Assembly: GCA_965204715.1 (NCBI GenBank)
Contig: OZ242009.1
Location: 1,720,013-1,760,012, forward strand
From: Dehalococcoidia bacterium
GTDB taxonomy: Bacteria > Chloroflexota > Dehalococcoidia > Lucifugimonadales > UBA3495
Length of the DNA: 40,000 nucleotides
Reading direction: 5' to 3'
Of the stretch, positions 34,861-40,000 are shown one piece after another. The stretch's first letter is position 1, and each line of letters opens with the position of its first letter. The notes under the pieces were generated by a model that had not been told where the DNA came from, did no database searches, and was given only the letters and a program-made list of their open reading frames with translations. The position numbers were made by a program, and so were the translations under genes.

Positions 34861-37800
34861 ATGAGCAAACTAGCGCGCGCAGAATTCGACAAGGCCCGCA
34901 TTCTACAGACGACGCAGAATGACGCTGGCCGCATCCGCCGAGGGGTCGCGGCAGCGAAACAGCGGTTGGTCCGAGCCGGAGTCCGATGGCCTTTCGAACT
35001 TATGCAGAACGCTCACGACGCAGGGCCGCGTGACGACAACCAGCGGGTTGAAGTCGCTTTCGTCCTGGGCGATGACCAGCTTGTAGTTTCCCATACTGGA
35101 AAACCTTTTGTGGCTCAGGAACTTGCCGCCCTGCTGTCTGGTGGATCAAGCAAAGAGTTTGACAGTGAAGAGACCACTGGGCGCTTTGGCACTGGATTCC
35201 TTGTGACACACGCTCTGTCAACGCGAGTTGATGTTGATGGTGTGCTAAACACAGAGGAAGGCCCTGAAGTTTTCCACATCGAACTTGAACGCGACGGAGA
35301 CGAGGATTCCATAGCAAGAAATATAGAGCAAGCCAACCAAGCTCTGGAACGCGCCCAATCTGTTTCAGCAGCCGCCATTGCTGACAAACCTACCGCATCG
35401 CTCGTTTATCACCTTGTTAATGGCGAGGTAGCCAAGCGTGGATTGAGCCGCTTGGAACAATCGCTACCGTACCTCTATGCAACCTGCAGCAAACTCGGCT
35501 GTGTCCGTATCGAGCTATTTGAGGATGTATTCCTCTTTGAGCCGGTAGCATCGTGCGAGACCGTGGTCGGCGACTTCATTATCAGTGAAGCTCATATCGC
35601 GATTTCATCATCTGATGCAACGAAGAACCTCGTAGCAGTGCGCGTAGGATATAAGGGCGGTCAATCGGCCCTCCTTGCGGTGTTGGAACGTAGGGGCTTG
35701 GACAAGTATCAAGTTTTGCTTCCCAGAGAAGATTTCTCCCGGATATTCGTGACTTTTCCAATAGCGGAGACCGACTTCTTGCCTTTCAACATTATCTTGG
35801 ATGGCAAATTTGCACCCGACCAGGAGCGCGATGGCATTGCCATGCACGATGCTGATAAAGCATTGGTTGATGAAGCTCTTTCGGCGTTTCCAACCCTCGT
35901 TCAACACGCCGTGGAATCAGGTTGGCTTGACGCCCATAACCTAGCGCACCTAGCGGTTCCAGATAGACCCTTGAGCGGCGAAAGCGAAAGCGGCGAAATG
36001 GAATGGTGGCAAGAGGCACTTCTACGCGTAGCGGAACAAACCGCTGCCATGTCCATCGTTAAAACTGAATCGGGTTTGCTTCCTGCTTTGAACAATCGGG
36101 ACGGGCTGTCAGTATCTTTTCTCGTTCCGGCGATTGATGCGGATGCACCCGAGTGTGTGGATTACGATACCGTCCACAAGATCGCTAGTGACATTGAGGC
36201 TCTCCACATTCCCAGCGAAGAAGTTGCCCAGTCATGGGGGGCAATAGCCCGCCAATGGGCTCGCATTGGAGCACCGATTGAACGATTGGGGTTGGATGAA
36301 CTGGCAACTTGGCTCAAAGATAAGGCCGGTTCTGTTGACGACCTACCCGTTCAAGGGGACCACTTTGCGTGGCTGGCAAACCTGTTTCTGCTGGCGGCAG
36401 ATATGAATGACCAAAACGTTCGTGATGTGGTCAACGGTCTCTTGCCTGACCAATACGGAAAATTCCGGAACACCGAGGAAGAATACCTTTACGCGGATGG
36501 CGGGATTTCCGAGGAAATCAAGGACATATCCTCTGAGTTGGGTGAGGATATGCGCACCAAACTTCTGCACGATGACATGGCAAGGGCTTTAGCGGCTCCG
36601 GGTTTTGAGAATGCGAACACGTTGATTCGAGGGCTACTCGACAAAATGGACGACGGTGAATACACCGAATCCAAGGCAATCGATAGATTGCTTGACAGCC
36701 TTGCAACTCGCCTGCCACATGACAGCGAGTTCGATGACGATACTGGTTTGTCCGCATTGCGTGCCTCGGCCCGGTTAGTAGCGTACCTCGTGGGAAGCGG
36801 AGATGATGCCAGGGTCAGGAGATGCCCCTTACTGACTGCTGCCGATAATGTGGTTCACCTTACCGGAAATCAACAGATCCTAGCCCCGAAACTGCATTGG
36901 CCGGAATCGGAACAGCCCTACGCAGGTCTCTACACGTCAAGGCGCCTGCTCTCTGATCGTTACTGTGATGATGCCAACTTAACTCAAGCCTTAGACGAGC
37001 TTATCGCGGTTCATCTGGTTATCGCCGCACCTCTGTTTTACGGGAGGCGCGCCGAGATTGAGGATGTCAATTTGCTACGGGAAATGTCGCGCGGTGTGCA
37101 GGAAACAGCCGGAGTGACCGTCAGAGATACTTCGTTTGGGCAGATCGCGTTCCTGGCGACGGACTTGGTAAACCGTTGTGCCCAAGACATTGACCTGGCC
37201 AAGCTACTGCTGGATTTCGTTCTCAACGTGGCGGCGCCCGAGGATCAAAACTGGCGCAAAACAGAGAGCGTGTTGGGCAATCGTTTGAGTGAAAGGGTCA
37301 ACTTGTCCCTCTCGGGAGCGACCTGGCCGGCGGAGCTAAAAGTTCGGGCATGGATACCAGTCCGTTCCGCCGATGATGAGGGGAATGAGCGAATAACGCC
37401 AATGCCAGCGAATGAATCTCACTTGCGAGAGATCCTTGACCCGGCATGGCTGAAAGGCAACCGTGATGCGGTGGACTTGCTGCACCAGGCTTTCGGTTTC
37501 AGAGAGCTAACGCTGATGCTGGATAGTTTGGATAGTGAGATTGAGAACGATTTGGTTGAATTACTGCAAGACCCTGAACTAGTTAGAGTGGCTGCGAACC
37601 AACCCGAAGCTGTAAGGTTTGCGTCGGAACTGGAATCAGCAGACGTCACGCTGGACTCAGTACGCGAGTTTGTACGCGAAATACGAGAGCAAAAGCGTAA
37701 AACTCAAGACATTCAGGAACTTGGGTTTGGAGTTGAGACTTTGGTGAAGGAGAGCTTGGAGTTGGCTGGCTTCTCCGTGCGTCGCACCGGTATCGGCTCT

Positions 37801-38241
37801 GATTTCGAGATCGCTATGGAACTCGGCGACGTAGCTAACTTGCAACTGACTAAGGGCGAGCAAAGCTGGTTGGTGGAAGTAAAGGCCACCCGTGAGCAAA
37901 AGGTGGTCCGTATGTCAGATACCCAAGCCAAGACAGCCGCAAAGGAGAAGGAACGATACTTGCTTTGCGTCGTGCCGGTAGAACATGAAACTGGCGCTCT
38001 AGATCTAGATGATGTTCTGGCTAGTATGAGGTTTGTGGCCGATGTAGGTGGCCGCGTGATTCCACTGTGCGACAATTTGGGCGATTTCGAGGAACTGCGA
38101 GACGACATTACGGCGGGCACATCGTCAGGTGTCCAGCTGGAAATCTCTCCTGGTCCCGCGCGGATTCGTGTTAACCGTTCCGTTTGGGAAAACGACGGTT
38201 TTCCACTTGATGATCTGGCTGAGCACTTATCGCCACGATAA
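34861..38241 (+). CDS. Sacsin/MORC-type GHKL ATPase with C-terminal DUF3883 (restriction-endonuclease-like) domain, 1,126 aa
   Basis: The ATG at 34861 is preceded by GGAG. The N-terminal Bergerat-fold motifs are 'PFELMQNAHDAG' (34994-35023) and 'GRFGTGFLVTH'. The long middle region has no recognised family. The C-terminus is 'GFSVRRTGIGSDFEIAMELG...SWLVEVKATREQKVVRMSDTQAKTAAKEKERYLLCVV' (~37720-37990), a D...E-x-K core as in DUF3883. Confidence 0.8.
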   Translation: MSKLARAEFDKARILQTTQNDAGRIRRGVAAAKQRLVRAGVRWPFELMQNAHDAGPRDDNQRVEVAFVLGDDQLVVSHTGKPFVAQELAALLSGGSSKEFDSEETTGRFGTGFLVTHALSTRVDVDGVLNTEEGPEVFHIELERDGDEDSIARNIEQANQALERAQSVSAAAIADKPTASLVYHLVNGEVAKRGLSRLEQSLPYLYATCSKLGCVRIELFEDVFLFEPVASCETVVGDFIISEAHIAISSSDATKNLVAVRVGYKGGQSALLAVLERRGLDKYQVLLPREDFSRIFVTFPIAETDFLPFNIILDGKFAPDQERDGIAMHDADKALVDEALSAFPTLVQHAVESGWLDAHNLAHLAVPDRPLSGESESGEMEWWQEALLRVAEQTAAMSIVKTESGLLPALNNRDGLSVSFLVPAIDADAPECVDYDTVHKIASDIEALHIPSEEVAQSWGAIARQWARIGAPIERLGLDELATWLKDKAGSVDDLPVQGDHFAWLANLFLLAADMNDQNVRDVVNGLLPDQYGKFRNTEEEYLYADGGISEEIKDISSELGEDMRTKLLHDDMARALAAPGFENANTLIRGLLDKMDDGEYTESKAIDRLLDSLATRLPHDSEFDDDTGLSALRASARLVAYLVGSGDDARVRRCPLLTAADNVVHLTGNQQILAPKLHWPESEQPYAGLYTSRRLLSDRYCDDANLTQALDELIAVHLVIAAPLFYGRRAEIEDVNLLREMSRGVQETAGVTVRDTSFGQIAFLATDLVNRCAQDIDLAKLLLDFVLNVAAPEDQNWRKTESVLGNRLSERVNLSLSGATWPAELKVRAWIPVRSADDEGNERITPMPANESHLREILDPAWLKGNRDAVDLLHQAFGFRELTLMLDSLDSEIENDLVELLQDPELVRVAANQPEAVRFASELESADVTLDSVREFVREIREQKRKTQDIQELGFGVETLVKESLELAGFSVRRTGIGSDFEIAMELGDVANLQLTKGEQSWLVEVKATREQKVVRMSDTQAKTAAKEKERYLLCVVPVEHETGALDLDDVLASMRFVADVGGRVIPLCDNLGDFEELRDDITAGTSSGVQLEISPGPARIRVNRSVWENDGFPLDDLAEHLSPR

Positions 38242-38555
38242 ACCTACATCGCGATAAAGATCATCCAGCAACTCCTTGCGGTTGGCGGCACTCTCCGCCG
38301 TTGGGTGGCTGACCGTAGCGGGGAAGGGCAACAGTGCCAAAAGCCTGCCCTCCTTCAGAGGACCGCGACAGTCTCGGGGGAACTCGCATATCCTCAGTGC
38401 TACGTGCTGGAAACTGGAAATAGGACCATGGGTTAGCCGCCACGGAGCAATAGGCGTAGGCATTCTTTCTCCATCGGCGTCTGGATCCCACCGATTACGG
38501 CAACGCCCGCATCGCGCATTGAACAAGCGAGATCATAGGTCTTGAGGATGAGGTC
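38227..38555 (-). pseudogene. Decayed DprA/Smf-like (SLOG-superfamily) gene fragment
   Basis: Three minus-strand frames each carry a piece of one protein: 'DLACSMRDAGVAVIGGIQTPMEKECLRLLLRGG*', then 'PMVLFPVSST*', then 'FPRDCRGPLKEGRLLALLPFPATVSHPTAESAANRKELLDDLY'. From memory these resemble the C-terminal half of DprA-like proteins ('G.HSP.E.ECL..LLRG..P.i.cPa...' ... 'GRLL.LSPF......T...A..RN'). The fragment has no N-terminal half and overlaps the GHKL gene's last 15 nt. Confidence 0.4.
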
Positions 38556-38676
38556 TCAAAGGCAGTGGGACGAACAAAAGAAGCCGGTAAGAGGCCCTTC
38601 CAATAGTTGAGGGTCGCCCTTCGTTTTGAATGGCGGGGGTTGTTCCATATCCGACTATCCACCGCCGGTTCAATTG

Positions 38677-39519
38677 CTAAGCGAAAGGTAACAAACCTTT
38701 TGTCCATTCGATAATCTTGATTGCAGAAGCAATAACAGGGAGGGCCTTTGCAGCCTGCCAGGCTGTACCCAGCCGTCTCCTGATACCCGTTGGCTGGCCC
38801 GGTATCGGAATGGCGTCGAATTCTCTCCCGAGGATTTCGACTGACATTCGTGCCACGGTTTCCGCATCATTGATTCCCCGGTCCAGGGAGAACAACCCGA
38901 CCCTGTTCGTCACATCCTGATGCGTGTTGGGGAAGAAACGCCTGGGGGCAGACACCATTTCGCGGTGCAAAGCAACTGCTCCGTCACCATCGTCAGTAGC
39001 GGAGCCGAGTCGCAGGTCGAGGGGGAACACTGGCTTTCCATGGCTAATCATATCCACCCCGGCGGAGTACGTGCCCTTGCCACCACCGATGGCGAGCATT
39101 GCATCGGCCTTTTCGATCATGGCCTTCCGGTACTCGCCGCCAGTAAACACCTCTCGCCGTATGGGACAAATTTCCACGACGTTCCTCTGCTGAAGATTCC
39201 TGAGCAGGCGTAGATTGGCATCGTCAATCTTGGACTCCGGCGCTGCGTCGGACATAACCACCTTGGCGTATGGCCGAGGAGCTTCGGTAGTGGTCTCGGC
39301 ATAGGTCTCGATCTCACGCAGCGCCAGCCAGTCGAAAACGTGGGGTGCGCCGCGTTCGTCCTTGGTAGACTCTTCATCTCCAGCGAGGACCACAAGTCCG
39401 CCGCCTTGTCTCAATATGTCGCCGGTGAAGCTTCGGACAAACTCGAAAGCGATGTCCAACTTGTCAGCGGGACACTGGAGTCTGGCGCTGCCGGAAAGCA
39501 TTATGAATTTGCCGTTCAT
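38677..39519 (-). CDS. SLOG-domain (LOG/DprA-like Rossmannoid) protein, putative nucleotide-signal sensor/effector
   Basis: 'MNGKFIMLSGSARLQCPADKLDIAFEFVRSFTGDILRQGGGLVVLAGDE' ... 'KADAMLAIGGGKGTYSAG' shows the N-terminal 'ISGS' strand and glycine-rich 'GGG.GT' loop typical of LOG/SLOG folds. The C-terminal ~30 aa form an amphipathic/hydrophobic helix, 'AWQAAKALPVIASAIKIIEW'. The gene starts 15 nt after the upstream nucleotidyltransferase stop. Confidence 0.6.
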   Translation of the reverse strand: MNGKFIMLSGSARLQCPADKLDIAFEFVRSFTGDILRQGGGLVVLAGDEESTKDERGAPHVFDWLALREIETYAETTTEAPRPYAKVVMSDAAPESKIDDANLRLLRNLQQRNVVEICPIRREVFTGGEYRKAMIEKADAMLAIGGGKGTYSAGVDMISHGKPVFPLDLRLGSATDDGDGAVALHREMVSAPRRFFPNTHQDVTNRVGLFSLDRGINDAETVARMSVEILGREFDAIPIPGQPTGIRRRLGTAWQAAKALPVIASAIKIIEWTKGLLPFA

Positions 39520-39534
39520 CGGTGAATGCTGGCC

Positions 39535-40000
39535 TCAGTTCCCCTCGCAGAACATCCTGTTGAAATCTGCCTTGGAGTTGCAGGAGTTTAACTTGCCCCG
39601 CATCTGACCAAAGTGGGTTGAGGCCCGTCTGCGTGCTCTGGAGTCTGCCGGTCCCAGATATTCGTCCACGTATCTTGATTGCCCTGAGCGGTCTGTGATT
39701 GGCCTCATCACGGCAGTCATGGAGTGGGTTAGCAAGTGATGAAGCATAGACTTCGGGTCCTGGGAGCCTTGATAGTTCCCAAATGCGTCAATCGCTAGAG
39801 ACTCCATGTGGTACCCACTAATCTTCCAATCCTGGCGGGTAATGAAGCAATCCGCCATAGCCTTAGCGAGTTTGATCACAGGCACGACTCTACCGTCCCT
39901 GGCCGAATTGACTCTGGCGAGCTTATTGGCAAAGTCATCAGGTCGAGCCACGTTGCTCCATTGTGTGCTCCCCGGATTGGCAATGCGAACACCGCCTGAA
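39535..40000 (-). CDS. SMODS/CD-NTase-like nucleotidyltransferase, C-terminal part (5' end outside window)
   Basis: The minus-strand frame stays open through base 40000, upstream of the track's GTG at 39951 ('...SGGVRIANPGSTQWSNVARPDD...'). The pattern 'I.NPGS.QW....P..F...L...N...DGRVVPVIKLAKAM........ISGYHMESLAIDAF' matches the post-catalytic helical region of CBASS-type/minimal nucleotidyltransferases. The catalytic GS...D.D region would lie beyond the window. Confidence 0.5.
   Translation of the reverse strand, partial: SGGVRIANPGSTQWSNVARPDDFANKLARVNSARDGRVVPVIKLAKAMADCFITRQDWKISGYHMESLAIDAFGNYQGSQDPKSMLHHLLTHSMTAVMRPITDRSGQSRYVDEYLGPADSRARRRASTHFGQMRGKLNSCNSKADFNRMFCEGN

Overview
All calls come from reading the ORF translations and DNA by eye. 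No database or HMM search was run, and the taxon cannot be determined from the sequence alone. The window has two parts.

**Bases 1 to ~28,080: very GC-rich, chromosome-like.** Single 60-nt lines count around 70% G+C. This part contains:
- the 3' part of a xanthine-dehydrogenase-family molybdopterin subunit;
- a PPC/DUF296 protein;
- an 891-aa protein made of two fused family-III CoA-transferase modules;
- a 3,543-3,550-aa membrane-anchored cadherin-repeat surface protein with near-identical intragenic DNA repeats, bracketed by decayed insertion sequences (an IS5/IS1182-type remnant, an IS701-type remnant, and an inactivated IS630-type copy with intact ends, plus a related 147-bp MITE at 1.5 kb);
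- a GMC oxidoreductase;
- a 1,739-aa polyprotein with four glycosyltransferase-like modules, a kinase-like module and a SAM-methyltransferase module.

**Bases ~27,036 to 40,000: integrase-bounded island, visibly AT-richer.** Sample lines count about 45-50% G+C, and the content looks like a defence island. Its core is a tightly packed + strand set:
- a ribbon-helix-helix (RHH) regulator;
- a fusion of a DUF6884/YaaA-like domain to a DpdA/TGT-like transglycosylase;
- a UvrD-like helicase;
- a Cas4-like Fe-S PD-(D/E)XK nuclease;
- QueC;
- a 1,126-aa sacsin/MORC-type GHKL ATPase with a DUF3883 nuclease-like C-terminus.

Convergent with these are a decayed DprA-like gene, a SLOG-domain protein and the 3' part of a SMODS/CD-NTase-like nucleotidyltransferase that runs off the window.

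**Main candidate for an undescribed system:** the TGT-like / QueC / helicase / nuclease combination. It may be a compact 7-deazaguanine-based DNA modification-restriction module, or it may be functionally tied to the neighbouring nucleotidyltransferase in a type-IV-CBASS-like way.
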